Source of the DNA: Lepidodermella squamata | Taxonomy: Eukaryota; Animalia; Gastrotricha | Direction of reading: 5' to 3' | DNA length: 64,000 nucleotides | Assembly (NCBI GenBank): GCA_047495785.1 | Contig: JBLDXI010000024.1 | Coordinates: 4,960,001 to 5,024,000, forward strand | Part shown: one piece after another, positions 50,129-63,400 of the stretch | Layout: every line of letters begins with the position of its first letter | Numbering within the stretch: position 1 is the stretch's first letter | Notes under the pieces: generated by a model | The model's database searches: none | Told to the model about the DNA's origin: nothing | Seen by the model: only the letters and a program-made list of their open reading frames with translations | Program-made: the position numbers and the translations under genes

Positions 50129-53100
50129 AATTGCGCCACAGAAGCTCACGGCAGGCAGAACTAGCAGGAGGCTAAGGCCTAACAACGATTGGCCAAGGTC
50201 TGCGAACTTGGGTCCAGTTCGATGTGCAGTCATTAGAGTAGCGGACGCGATTTTATCCTTTACGGCTTTTGCAGCCGACAAGCTTTTGTGATACACCAGC
50301 TTAACATTACCTCACCCCTCACGCGACCCGCGATAGCTCAGCTGGTAGAGCGGAGGACTGTAGATGCAACGCAGCTATCCTTAGGTCGGTGGTTCAAGTC
50401 CGCCTCGCGGGATCGATGACTTTTTTACAGCTGATGAGCCCGCAGAATCGGTTATTTTCGAGCCTCGAAGAAGCTTTGCCATCTTGCATCAGGCCCGTTG
50501 GTCTAGGGGTATGATTCTCGCTTTGGGTGCGAGAGGTCTCGGGTTCAAATCCCGGACGGGCCCAAGCTTTTTGATATAATAGCCGAAGCGGCGGCATTAC
50601 AAAAGGTGCATGCAATAAATAGCCTTCAGCAAGTAATGCTATCATAGCGGCATCGGTGGTTCAGTGGTAGAATTCTCGCCTGCCACGCGGGAGGCCCGGG
50701 TTCGATTCCCGGCCGATGCAAGCGACCCTGTTTTTGCATGAAAGCTTTGAGCAGCACCCGGCGAACAATGAAGCGCGGAAATTCAAAAGCAATGCCAACA
50801 GACTCCATGTCACCAAAATCCTTGGTAGTATAGTGGTTAGTATCCCCGCCTGTCACGCGGGAGACCAGGGTTCGATTCCCTGCCAAGGAGTCAGCTTTTT
50901 ACATGCGGATTTGTGGATTTCAAGCAAATTTATTCAGTAATAACGTGCAAAAATGTTGATTGCCGCCCGATGTGGGGCTCGAACCCACGACCCTGGGATT
51001 AAGAGTCCCATGCTCTACCGACTGAGCTAACCGGGCTTAGCCGACATAGCTGATGACTAGGGCAGGTTCAAAGACCCAAATCAGGCATGCGACACGAGTC
51101 AGAGACAGAGAGTGTGTAAAAACATTCGAGGCTGCCAGGAGTCGAACCTGGAATCTTCTGATCCGTAGTCAGACGCGTTGTCCATTGCGCCACAACCCCA
51201 TCGTGTTGATTTAGCATCATATCGTTGATGATACGTACAGCGTTGTAGCACAGGAAAAAGCATAAAATGTATGTCAGAAGTGGGATTCGAACCCACGCCA
51301 GTAGAAACTGACTGCGACCTGAACGCAGCGCCTTGGACCGCTCGGCCATCCTGACGGGATGGTGGTATAGATTGATATCCCGCAGACGGCATTTCGCAAA
51401 GCCAGTAGAGCGTCGCCACAAAGTACTTAGTTTAATTACCTGTTGCCAATATAAAACTTAAACTAGCCAGCAATGTCGATCAGGGTGTATCGTTGTTGAA
51501 ACTGCTGAATGAGCACTCAAGTCGCTATGCCCGAGTGGTTAAGGGGTCTGACTAGAAATCAGATGCGGTCTCCGCGCGTAGGTTCAAATCCTACTGGCGA
51601 CGACAGTTATTTTTGCAATATAACGACTGAAAGTCAGTTCTGCAATTAGTCTCCATAATATACAGTCCTCGCATTCATCAGGCGTCAGTGGTGTAACGGT
51701 CAGCATGGTTGCCTTCCAAGCAGCCGATCCGGGTTCGACTCCCGGCTGACGCACACGTTTTTAGCTCACACGTTTGAGAGCAGCAAACGCATTGCTAGTG
51801 ACGAGATGAAAGCTTTCCTTTCCAAAAGCAGCGTTCGAGAGGTCCCATGGTGTAGCGGTTAGCACTCTGGACTCTGAATCCAGCGACTCGAGTTCGATTC
51901 TCGATGGGACCTTGATCAGTTTTTTCAAACAAACATAGCTGGAACTCAACAGCTGGAAACTTGGGATCATAATATTTGTTACCATTCAAACCTTTTCTTT
52001 CACTAGCCTAGGGGGCATAGCTCAGTGGTAGAGCGTCTCATTCGCATTGTGAAGGTCTCGGGTTCAATCCCCGATGCCTCCAGTTGGCACTTTTTTCGCG
52101 TAAATGTTGAGAAGTAACAGCCATAATACTGATGATATGAATCGGAAATAAGTCTAAGCATGCGAAAAAAGAGTGTCAGAAGTGGGGTTCGAACCCACGC
52201 CCTCTTTCGAGGACCAGATCTTGAGTCTGGCGCCTTAGACCGCTCGGCCATCCTGACCGTCTGACTGAATATTCAATTTGATTCAGATGAACCAGCGCGG
52301 GTTCAGCTTCGAGCATGCAATAAACCTCAAATCTTGTATAGGCTATACTTCATGTGACAGGCGCTGTGGCGAAATGGCTATCGCGTCGGACTTCGGATCC
52401 GAAGATTGTGGGTTCGAGTCCCATCAGCGTCGTCCGCTTTTGTACTTTTGTTAGTTTCAGTAGGCTTCTGAAGCCATTTAAACAAATGTTTCGACAACTG
52501 CTTGCGTAAATTTAATCTGCCTGCAATCTACCACGCATTTCAAGGGCCTTCCTAGCTCAGTCGGTAGAGCATGTGACTTTTAATCACAGGGTCGGGGGTT
52601 CGAGTCCCCCGGAGGGCGCAAGCTTTTTCCTCAGTTGCTCGGTTTAGCTGCATTCGGCTGATTTCACCGCTTCGTCGAATCACTTTCTTTGGCGTTAACT
52701 ACGAAGGGGGATTAGCTCAAATGGTAGAGCGCTCGCTTAGCATGCGAGAGGTAACGGGATCGACGCCCGTATCCTCCACAATTTTTTCTGCCTGTAGAAA
52801 CGGTTTGTTCGCCGAAATGAGACGTCGTCCCTGAAATTCTAGCTGTCACCTTCGGCTCAGTAGCTTAGTGGTAGAGCGTCTGCCTAGTAAGCAGAAGATC
52901 GAGGGTTCGATCCCCCCCTGAGCCTGGTATTGGGTGAATTTTTTGAAAATAAAGCCACAAAACTTTGCCAGTCAGTTTTTATGTTGCAGGCGTGGAAATG
53001 ATAAAAATGTTCCCTGACCGGGAATCGAACCCGGGCCGCCGCGGTGAAAGCGCGGAATCCTAACCACTAGACCATCAGGGAGATGATGACAACGAGACCA

Positions 53101-53474
53101 CTGGACGTGGTGTTCATCTGTCATTCAGCGCTTTTCGCAGGTTGTCAAAGGTAAAAATGCGGCGGGCCCGTTCGGGAATTGAACCCGAGACCTCTCGCAC
53201 CCGAAGCGAGAATCATACCCCTAGACCAACGGGCCGGTGCTACGCTGCCGCTAGGAAGGCTCTACCTAAGCGTTCGTAATGACACTTGGGGTTACCAAAA
53301 ACGTGGGGCACGCCGAGACCCGGGATCGAACCAGGGACCTTTAGATCTTCAGTCTAACGCTCTCCCAACTGAGCTATCTCGGCTGTTATGTACAGCAGTG
53401 GTAAAGTTGATGCTTCGCTAGCTCATTGCAGGCTGTTATAGTTTGATCTAAAAATTGCGCTCCTGGGTGGGCTC

Positions 53475-53514
<40 letters not shown>

Positions 53515-56500
53515 AATTGCGCCACAGAAGCTCACGGCAGGCAGAACTAGCAGGAGGCTAAGGCCTAACAACGATTGGCCAAGGTCTGCGAACTTGGGTC
53601 CAGTTCGATGTGCAGTCATTAGAGTAGCGGACGCGATTTTATCCTTTACGGCTTTTGCAGCCGACAAGCTTTTGTGATACACCAGCTTAACATTACCTCA
53701 CCCCTCACGCGACCCGCGATAGCTCAGCTGGTAGAGCGGAGGACTGTAGATGCAACGCAGCTATCCTTAGGTCGGTGGTTCAAGTCCGCCTCGCGGGATC
53801 GATGACTTTTTTACAGCTGATGAGCCCGCAGAATCGGTTATTTTCGAGCCTCGAAGAAGCTTTGCCATCTTGCATCAGGCCCGTTGGTCTAGGGGTATGA
53901 TTCTCGCTTTGGGTGCGAGAGGTCTCGGGTTCAAATCCCGGACGGGCCCAAGCTTTTTGATATAATAGCCGAAGCGGCGGCATTACAAAAGGTGCATGCA
54001 ATAAATAGCCTTCAGCAAGTAATGCTATCATAGCGGCATCGGTGGTTCAGTGGTAGAATTCTCGCCTGCCACGCGGGAGGCCCGGGTTCGATTCCCGGCC
54101 GATGCAAGCGACCCTGTTTTTGCATGAAAGCTTTGAGCAGCACCCGGCGAACAATGAAGCGCGGAAATTCAAAAGCAATGCCAACAGACTCCATGTCACC
54201 AAAATCCTTGGTAGTATAGTGGTTAGTATCCCCGCCTGTCACGCGGGAGACCAGGGTTCGATTCCCTGCCAAGGAGTCAGCTTTTTACATGCGGATTTGT
54301 GGATTTCAAGCAAATTTATTCAGTAATAACGTGCAAAAATGTTGATTGCCGCCCGATGTGGGGCTCGAACCCACGACCCTGGGATTAAGAGTCCCATGCT
54401 CTACCGACTGAGCTAACCGGGCTTAGCCGACATAGCTGATGACTAGGGCAGGTTCAAAGACCCAAATCAGGCATGCGACACGAGTCAGAGACAGAGAGTG
54501 TGTAAAAACATTCGAGGCTGCCAGGAGTCGAACCTGGAATCTTCTGATCCGTAGTCAGACGCGTTGTCCATTGCGCCACAACCCCATCGTGTTGATTTAG
54601 CATCATATCGTTGATGATACGTACAGCGTTGTAGCACAGGAAAAAGCATAAAATGTATGTCAGAAGTGGGATTCGAACCCACGCCAGTAGAAACTGACTG
54701 CGACCTGAACGCAGCGCCTTGGACCGCTCGGCCATCCTGACGGGATGGTGGTATAGATTGATATCCCGCAGACGGCATTTCGCAAAGCCAGTAGAGCGTC
54801 GCCACAAAGTACTTAGTTTAATTACCTGTTGCCAATATAAAACTTAAACTAGCCAGCAATGTCGATCAGGGTGTATCGTTGTTGAAACTGCTGAATGAGC
54901 ACTCAAGTCGCTATGCCCGAGTGGTTAAGGGGTCTGACTAGAAATCAGATGCGGTCTCCGCGCGTAGGTTCAAATCCTACTGGCGACGACAGTTATTTTT
55001 GCAATATAACGACTGAAAGTCAGTTCTGCAATTAGTCTCCATAATATACAGTCCTCGCATTCATCAGGCGTCAGTGGTGTAACGGTCAGCATGGTTGCCT
55101 TCCAAGCAGCCGATCCGGGTTCGACTCCCGGCTGACGCACACGTTTTTAGCTCACACGTTTGAGAGCAGCAAACGCATTGCTAGTGACGAGATGAAAGCT
55201 TTCCTTTCCAAAAGCAGCGTTCGAGAGGTCCCATGGTGTAGCGGTTAGCACTCTGGACTCTGAATCCAGCGACTCGAGTTCGATTCTCGATGGGACCTTG
55301 ATCAGTTTTTTCAAACAAACATAGCTGGAACTCAACAGCTGGAAACTTGGGATCATAATATTTGTTACCATTCAAACCTTTTCTTTCACTAGCCTAGGGG
55401 GCATAGCTCAGTGGTAGAGCGTCTCATTCGCATTGTGAAGGTCTCGGGTTCAATCCCCGATGCCTCCAGTTGGCACTTTTTTCGCGTAAATGTTGAGAAG
55501 TAACAGCCATAATACTGATGATATGAATCGGAAATAAGTCTAAGCATGCGAAAAAAGAGTGTCAGAAGTGGGGTTCGAACCCACGCCCTCTTTCGAGGAC
55601 CAGATCTTGAGTCTGGCGCCTTAGACCGCTCGGCCATCCTGACCGTCTGACTGAATATTCAATTTGATTCAGATGAACCAGCGCGGGTTCAGCTTCGAGC
55701 ATGCAATAAACCTCAAATCTTGTATAGGCTATACTTCATGTGACAGGCGCTGTGGCGAAATGGCTATCGCGTCGGACTTCGGATCCGAAGATTGTGGGTT
55801 CGAGTCCCATCAGCGTCGTCCGCTTTTGTATTATTGTTAGTTTCAGTAGGCTTCTGAAGCCATTTAAACAAATGTTTCGACAACTGCTTGCGTAAATTTA
55901 ATCTGCCTGCAATCTACCACGCATTTCAAGGGCCTTCCTAGCTCAGTCGGTAGAGCATGTGACTTTTAATCACAGGGTCGGGGGTTCGAGTCCCCCGGAG
56001 GGCGCAAGCTTTTTCCTCAGTTGCTCGGTTTAGCTGCATTCGGCTGATTTCACCGCTTCGTCGAATCACTTGCTTTGGCGTTAACTACGAAGGGGGATTA
56101 GCTCAAATGGTAGAGCGCTCGCTTAGCATGCGAGAGGTAACGGGATCGACGCCCGTATCCTCCACAATTTTTTCTGCCTGTAGAAACGGTTTGTTCGCCG
56201 AAATGAGACGTCGTCCCTGAAATTCTAGCTGTCACCTTCGGCTCAGTAGCTTAGTGGTAGAGCGTCTGCCTAGTAAGCAGAAGATCGAGGGTTCGATCCC
56301 CCCCTGAGCCTGGTATTGGGTGAATTTTTTGAAAATAAAGCCACAAAACTTTGCCAGTCAGTTTTTATGTTGCAGGCGTGGAAATGATAAAAATGTTCCC
56401 TGACCGGGAATCGAACCCGGGCCGCCGCGGTGAAAGCGCGGAATCCTAACCACTAGACCATCAGGGAGATGATGACAACGAGACCACTGGACGTGGTGTT

Positions 56501-56860
56501 CATCTGTCATTCAGCGCTTTTCGCAGGTTGTCAAAGGTAAAAATGCGGCGGGCCCGTTCGGGAATTGAACCCGAGACCTCTCGCACCCGAAGCGAGAATC
56601 ATACCCCTAGACCAACGGGCCGGTGCTACGCTGCCGCTAGGAAGGCTCTACCTAAGCGTTCGTAATGACACTTGGGGTTACCAAAAACGTGGGGCACGCC
56701 GAGACCCGGGATCGAACCAGGGACCTTTAGATCTTCAGTCTAACGCTCTCCCAACTGAGCTATCTCGGCTGTTATGTACAGCAGTGGTAAAGTTGATGCT
56801 TCGCTAGCTCATTGCAGGCTGTTATAGTTTGATCTAAAAATTGCGCTCCTGGGTGGGCTC

Positions 56861-56900
<40 letters not shown>

Positions 56901-59900
56901 AATTGCGCCACAGAAGCTCACGGCAGGCAGAACTAGCAGGAGGCTAAGGCCTAACAACGATTGGCCAAGGTCTGCGAACTTGGGTCCAGTTCGATGTGCA
57001 GTCATTAGAGTAGCGGACGCGATTTTATCCTTTACGGCTTTTGCAGCCGACAAGCTTTTGTGATACACCAGCTTAACATTACCTCACCCCTCACGCGACC
57101 CGCGATAGCTCAGCTGGTAGAGCGGAGGACTGTAGATGCAACGCAGCTATCCTTAGGTCGGTGGTTCAAGTCCGCCTCGCGGGATCGATGACTTTTTTAC
57201 AGCTGATGAGCCCGCAGAATCGGTTATTTTCGAGCCTCGAAGAAGCTTTGCCATCTTGCATCAGGCCCGTTGGTCTAGGGGTATGATTCTCGCTTTGGGT
57301 GCGAGAGGTCTCGGGTTCAAATCCCGGACGGGCCCAAGCTTTTTGATATAATAGCCGAAGCGGCGGCATTACAAAAGGTGCATGCAATAAATAGCCTTCA
57401 GCAAGTAATGCTATCATAGCGGCATCGGTGGTTCAGTGGTAGAATTCTCGCCTGCCACGCGGGAGGCCCGGGTTCGATTCCCGGCCGATGCAAGCGACCC
57501 TGTTTTTGCATGAAAGCTTTGAGCAGCACCCGGCGAACAATGAAGCGCGGAAATTCAAAAGCAATGCCAACAGACTCCATGTCACCAAAATCCTTGGTAG
57601 TATAGTGGTTAGTATCCCCGCCTGTCACGCGGGAGACCAGGGTTCGATTCCCTGCCAAGGAGTCAGCTTTTTACATGCGGCGGCATGTGGATTTCTTCGT
57701 GGTTGATTTATTTATTTTCTTTCAGTCGAGAATAAGACTTCTGAACCTAAAATATATTTTCGAATAAGGTTTGTTTCTTTTCGAGAGTATTAAGCAGTCA
57801 ATTTCGTGTCATTCGTACCCGAAACCTAAATTCAGAGATTATCGTAGTACACTCAATAATCCAAAATCGACCCCTGGCTCTGACGGAATGTTACATAGCT
57901 GAGTCACGGCAGGCCGCTTGTCGATGAGTATTACTGTAAGAAAAACCTCACTAGGCCGCGTGCCTAATAGCAGCCATAATTATGAGTCGCCAACAGCGAT
58001 CACACGCTCGCCCGCAGATCGATGATTGCGGCGTCAAAGTGATCAAATCAAACGCGCGCTTACTGTCTGAAAGAGAACGCAAAAACTACCACAGACAACG
58101 ATAAGAGCTAGCTGCCGCGAATAACATTACAGCTCGCTCGCCCACGGCGCGTTCAAGAGGCGCGCGTATTTTTTCCGCCTATTATTTGCTAAATATTTAT
58201 TTATCACGAAATATATATATTATTCTTTGAGGTTGAAAAAGTAAATCATAGCTAACCGCGGCCACGCTCCGCCGCACCGAGAGACGCGTCAATTTTTTCG
58301 GACTGCGGTCATCGGATTCGATTATCGGCGCGGCAAATTACGCGCCGTGATTGCTCGCCGTTCATTCGTCTGATTGAGCGCAGTCCTTAAAAATTCCCAA
58401 CTGGGACAGCGACCTCACTGCGCACTTGCCCGCTCACTATGTTACACTTATTATAATAATACTTATTATTCGCATCATGCTCATTCATGCATGCTCGCAT
58501 GTATTTATGACGATATATCTAGACCACTCTCCTCATTGTTTTCTCTATGTTATTCTCGACTTGCGCCAGCGCTCTCTTTCTAGCTATCTCTTCGTTACGC
58601 ACCAATGCCATCAACTAGCATATCAATGACCAGAATTAGACGCATAATTCAGTTATTTTGCCATGATTTAGGCCTACATGATCTTGTTGTGCTTTCGAAT
58701 TTTGCCCTAATTACTCTCATCCGTAAAAATTAGCACGAAGGCAACTGATTAGCAAATTGTTACGATTTGCCTACAGTGAAAATAACTTGTGACAATTTAT
58801 TTTGTTAGCGATGCTAAACTAGATAAATATTTAGCGCGAGCAGCCGTAAATTTTGGTGGGTCAGAATAATATCGTAAATGGTCAGCAAATTTGATAATCG
58901 TCATTTAGTGCTGGCTTACTGGTTCATTTAAATAAAAATATGTCTAAGTATTTCATGGAAAAGTACAGCTCTCAGTAAACAGAACGCGTAGATGCGGTGT
59001 TTATGCATATTCGCTTGCATTCAAGTAATATAAAACGTCCGTACATGTAACCTTAGATTGTATGCAACCTGTAAGCCATACTGCATGAAAGTAGCTTTCC
59101 TCTATTTCGGATAAAGACCAAAGACCAAAGTTCGCGAAATTAATTTTTAATGCAGTTTCTGACATTTCTAAAAGCCTACAATGTGGACAGCTTGACCGCG
59201 ACTATCGATATGAATAGATATCGCATTCCTATTCCATTCTACATGGGTCATCTCGTGTCTAAATTACTGAAAATTACCACTCACATTACGATGTAAAAAC
59301 GTCCGGTTTTACTGATTATATGTTCTGGAATTGCTCGCTAACGAAAGCTATAAGTACCGCGGTCGAGATGAATCGATCGATCGCAATAAATAGCTGTGAG
59401 CGAACCCTTTCACTAGAATATTGACTGCCACGATTTTTAGCGAAAATATTATTTTTTAGTCAATTCTGTCGGCGCCTTCTCCCGCGCTATTGCCGAATTC
59501 CGTGGCGATTCACCTCTTTTACTTCAAACCAGTATCCACGTGTCAATTAATCCAATGAATCTCGACTGGCTTTAACGTGGCTTTTGTAAAAAAAAACACA
59601 GGCGAGGAATTCAATTAGAGGAGACCTCCGCTCGGTTCATTTTTATTCGAAGGGTTCTTAGACGTGAAGAAAGTGCGAAAAGATGACTGACGCGCGATTA
59701 TCATCAGCAAGAGGTGGGCCTTGTGGATGAAAGGGCTTAGAGCCTCTCATTTGCAATCTGTGTCGCGTTATCCACCCTACGATCGATGATGCGCGCGCGC
59801 GTGCGCAACGAAAAAATGCGCAGATAATCGCAAAGTCGTGCATTTCCGCGCGCTATCATCGATTCTAAGGCGATACACATACACACAGTGCACCGGCGCG

Positions 59901-60443
59901 GTTTTTTGCTCATTCCGCCGTGTTTAAACAACTCTCAGCTATCACTTCGCTAGTCCCAGATTTTTGATTCCCCGATAAGTAAACATTGACGTGCCGGAGG
60001 GCGAGCTGATGCGAAATGCGAACAAAAGCGCTCTTCCCACGAAAATTGTCCGTCGGTTGATTTCTCTCATTTTTCGTTCATTTTAATGCTGATGCATCAT
60101 TCTTAGCTTACACGGGAGATTATCGAATGTTTTTTCTAGGCGTTTTGAAGGGTTGCTTTCTTAAATACTAGGCTCCTCCGAATTCGGAGACCTTTTGACA
60201 TTTAAAACCATTCAGATTCAACAAATGAATTGGGCCCTAACAGACAATTGTTGTTTTCAGTAATGGAACTGTCTCGGTTTTCTCGGTTGTCTGCTGTCTC
60301 GTTCGATAGCCCAATTAAAAAAGCCTGCATGATATTATTCTTTAAATAATTCAAGATTATTTGTTTATAGATGCGCCTTAATTACATCGCCCCACAGCGC
60401 CTTCTAAGAATTGTCGCACGTATGAGCAATCCTGTATAGTGCC

Positions 60444-63400
60444 ATGGCTGCGAAAACTACGCCCCGCGACGGCTTGCCAACCATGGCGTGGTCAGCCCCG
60501 CCTGCAAATAGGCGTCTTCTTTTTGCGGAGAAAAGTCGCGCACCGCCGAAACGGTTGGATGGAGGCCATACGAGGCCTGCACTAAGGACTTCATCGCATC
60601 ACACCGTTGTGCCGCAATCCCTTCGAACGGGCGATTATTCCTCTGAAACACAGTCTTCAATGGCTACTTCTTCCGCTTTACCGAGCCTCGAACTACAAGG
60701 TACGAATGTAAATATTTTGTTAGAAAAAGAGTTTGGAAATTTCTAATTAATACTTGATTAATAGAAAGGCACCCATTCAATATTAAATATTAAATATTAA
60801 AGTGGCAACATTATCGAAGTCGGTAGACTAATTGAAAAACAACGCCTTGATTACCTAGGTCATATAATAAGGATGGAGACCTACTATGTCGACGACAAAG
60901 GTGAACCGATACCACCGGGGCCAGTCTACGACCTTGATAGGTGGGTTGCGCCTAAGGAATGGAAGAGACCGGTGGGGAAACCTCGAACTAGGTGGCTAGA
61001 TGCGGTTGAAAGAAGTTTAGGTAAAGTAGGACTTACAACAGAAAATATAATAAGAAAAAAAACCGACGGGTCCCGTGGCAGACCTCGTAAAGATGGTAGT
61101 AATGTTACCGAAATTCCCGAAAAAATTGTTGACTGGACATTTACCGAAAGAACGGCATTAGATCGAGTTGAATGGCGAAAAATAGTTGAGTCTCTGGAAG
61201 ATTTTGATTTTTATAACAAAAGTAAGATTTTCTCGGCTGTGGGGGAGGGTGACTAAAATTTTTCTTTTTGGTTTGCCTTGCCTTCGCCTTCCTCAAAACC
61301 CGAAAGGGTACAGACGTTTAGTCGCGGGGAAGAGAAACGAGAAACAAATAAATCATTTCATTTCAATATTAAAAAATAATAAATAGATGTACAAAATAGT
61401 TTTTACTTCAGCTCAACGTACAATCAGCAAAATGGAATACTTGCATAGTTATCTATCACCATAGTTTTGACCGGAGTTGACCTTATTTTTCTACTGTTAT
61501 TCTTTTTCATTTGAAGGGCCTCCAGCTCTTGGAATTAGTGAGACTCGCAACACTAGATTTATGCACTTCGCCAGCGGCTACTTGTTGACTCAAAACTATA
61601 ATCCGAACTGTTATTTTATCGGACATTTCGGCTTGCGTACAGTGGGTATCTAATATTGTATTTCCTGCCGTGTTATTCCTTTCTCGCTGTATCTCATGAG
61701 CGTTTTGTTGCATTTTTATCGATGACTATACTGACTATAGGTGCCTAGTAAAAAATTGAAGGATAGCACAGTGAAGCGAATAGTTTCATCCTGAGAATTC
61801 ATAGAACTCAAGGTTTTCAGAGAAAATCACTCATACTATGGAAATAGAAACTGTTCTACACTTTGGAGCTGAATCTACTCCGCCAGGTATGAAAAGTAAA
61901 GCAAATTTATTTTAGACCCAAAATCCCTTGGGGTGTCGGTAAATAACCTGCTGGCCCATTTTTGTCGTAAAAAGCCGTCATCGATGCATCGTTACTTTGT
62001 CGTTATTTGCTTTCTTCATTGATTTTTTTCTTCGCCCCCTAGGCGCGCAGTCAATAACAACACCTTCTGAGGATAGCGCGGCGTTGTCGTGCCTCAAAAT
62101 CGTCAGTGATTCGCCGCTTCTCAGAAATGGCACTGATTCTACGCCGCTGGGCCAACTGCTGCCAGGCCTAGCTGCGACCTCAAACAGCCTTGAAGTCAGC
62201 TCGCTATCGCCGCAACTCTGCGCCTACTACAACTCGGCGCAATTCAACGCAACTATGTTGCCCTTTCCGGATTTCGACTACGGCGCTACTGTTGTGCCTC
62301 TTACAGGAAATCAGAGTGGCGTAACCCAACGTGGCTTCTCTGCAGAGTTCATCGAGCATGACATCAACGAGTGGATATCGATCATCATCCCGGCGCTGTG
62401 CCTTGTGCTCGGCACTTTTGGCAACGTCATGTCAGTTCTGGTTGTTTCGCGGCTTGGTAACACCCTCAAATCATCATCTGCTGCCTACCTCAAATACCTG
62501 GCCTACTTTGACCTAATAGGTTAGTTAAACAAATTTCGGATAGATCTGGGCAATACGCTAATTGAAACATTAGGTATTTATGCTTAATTGCCTGTAAAGT
62601 TTACAGAGTGGGAGGGGTCTCAAATCAGAGTGCTATATGATTAACCTCAAAAAGTGACTTGTAATTTCGGAATTTTGCTGGCTCCTCTTTCTCAAACTTC
62701 TAAACACCACGTTCAGTATTCCTGGAGCAAATTGAGTTAGAGCTCTTATGTTCCTAGGAATCTGGTCTTCCTTACCGCGTTATTTAACACGTGCCCTCTT
62801 GGACTTTGACTTCCGCGACTACCATCCAGCGATATGCAAAATTCAGCGGTTCTCCGTGTATTTTTCGCTCGACGTGGCCGCATGGATCACCGTTGCTGTA
62901 ACTGCCGATCGACTGATAGCCGTGCGCTTCCCTTACCACGCCAGCAAATTTTGCACCGAACGCGTTTCCCGCCTTGTCCTGCTCACCGTTTGCCTCGCCT
63001 TTCTACTGCTCGATGGCCACGTCTTTTTCACGTACGGCTACAAAGAAGTGAAGCGTGGCAACAAAACGATAATCCTCAACTGCGCACATCCTAACGAAGC
63101 TTCCGTCTTCATATGGACTTACGTCCAGCCAATACTAGCCACACTAACTTATGCCGTCGGGCCATTCGCATTTCTCCTACTCGCGAATATAATTATAGCA
63201 CAGCGATTGATAAAACAATCAAAATTTCTTAAGAAATGCTCGAGTAACCCGGGAACTCGAGAGAACGAAAACGGCCGTACTGTCTACACTATGTCCTTCA
63301 TGCTGGTTGCTACCTCGGTAAATTCACGGCTTGAGAAATTGATGTATTTCGACCTCGTTTTATTTAGGTTGTTTTTCTGGTTATGAACACGCCTTCATTT

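Larger units (their letters stand above)
1..57680. repeat. Tandem array of a ~3.38 kb unit containing 20 tRNA genes (14 full units + partial 15th; ~300 tRNA genes)
   Basis: Unit starts (first base of tRNA-Ala-CGC): 139, 3514, 6897, 10280, 17403, 20789, 24164, 30846, 34232, 37618, 41849, 45237, 48625, 52011, 55397. Period is 3374-3388 bp except where insertions add 3748, 3296 and 843 bp. Units differ by only a few SNPs/indels. The array ends just after tRNA-Asp of the last unit. Confidence 0.99.

Noticed and set aside
1-57680. CRISPR array or prokaryotic/phage tRNA operon
   Set aside because: Spacers are identical between units, there is no encoded CCA, the genes have Pol III terminators and a eukaryotic Tyr intron, and the neighbouring genes are spliced.
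131-57706. Dozens of recurring 64-117 aa ORFs (e.g. MAERSKAPD..., MNPRPLAPEARIIPLDQ...)
   Set aside because: They are translations of tRNA genes and spacers, recur only because the unit repeats, and are altered or frameshifted by spacer indels.
57700-60400. CGCG-rich patches and short inverted matches (e.g. GAACCCTT near 59402 and 59650) as further transposons
   Set aside because: The matches are about 8 bp with no TSD or coding remnant, so they cannot be supported without a repeat-library search.
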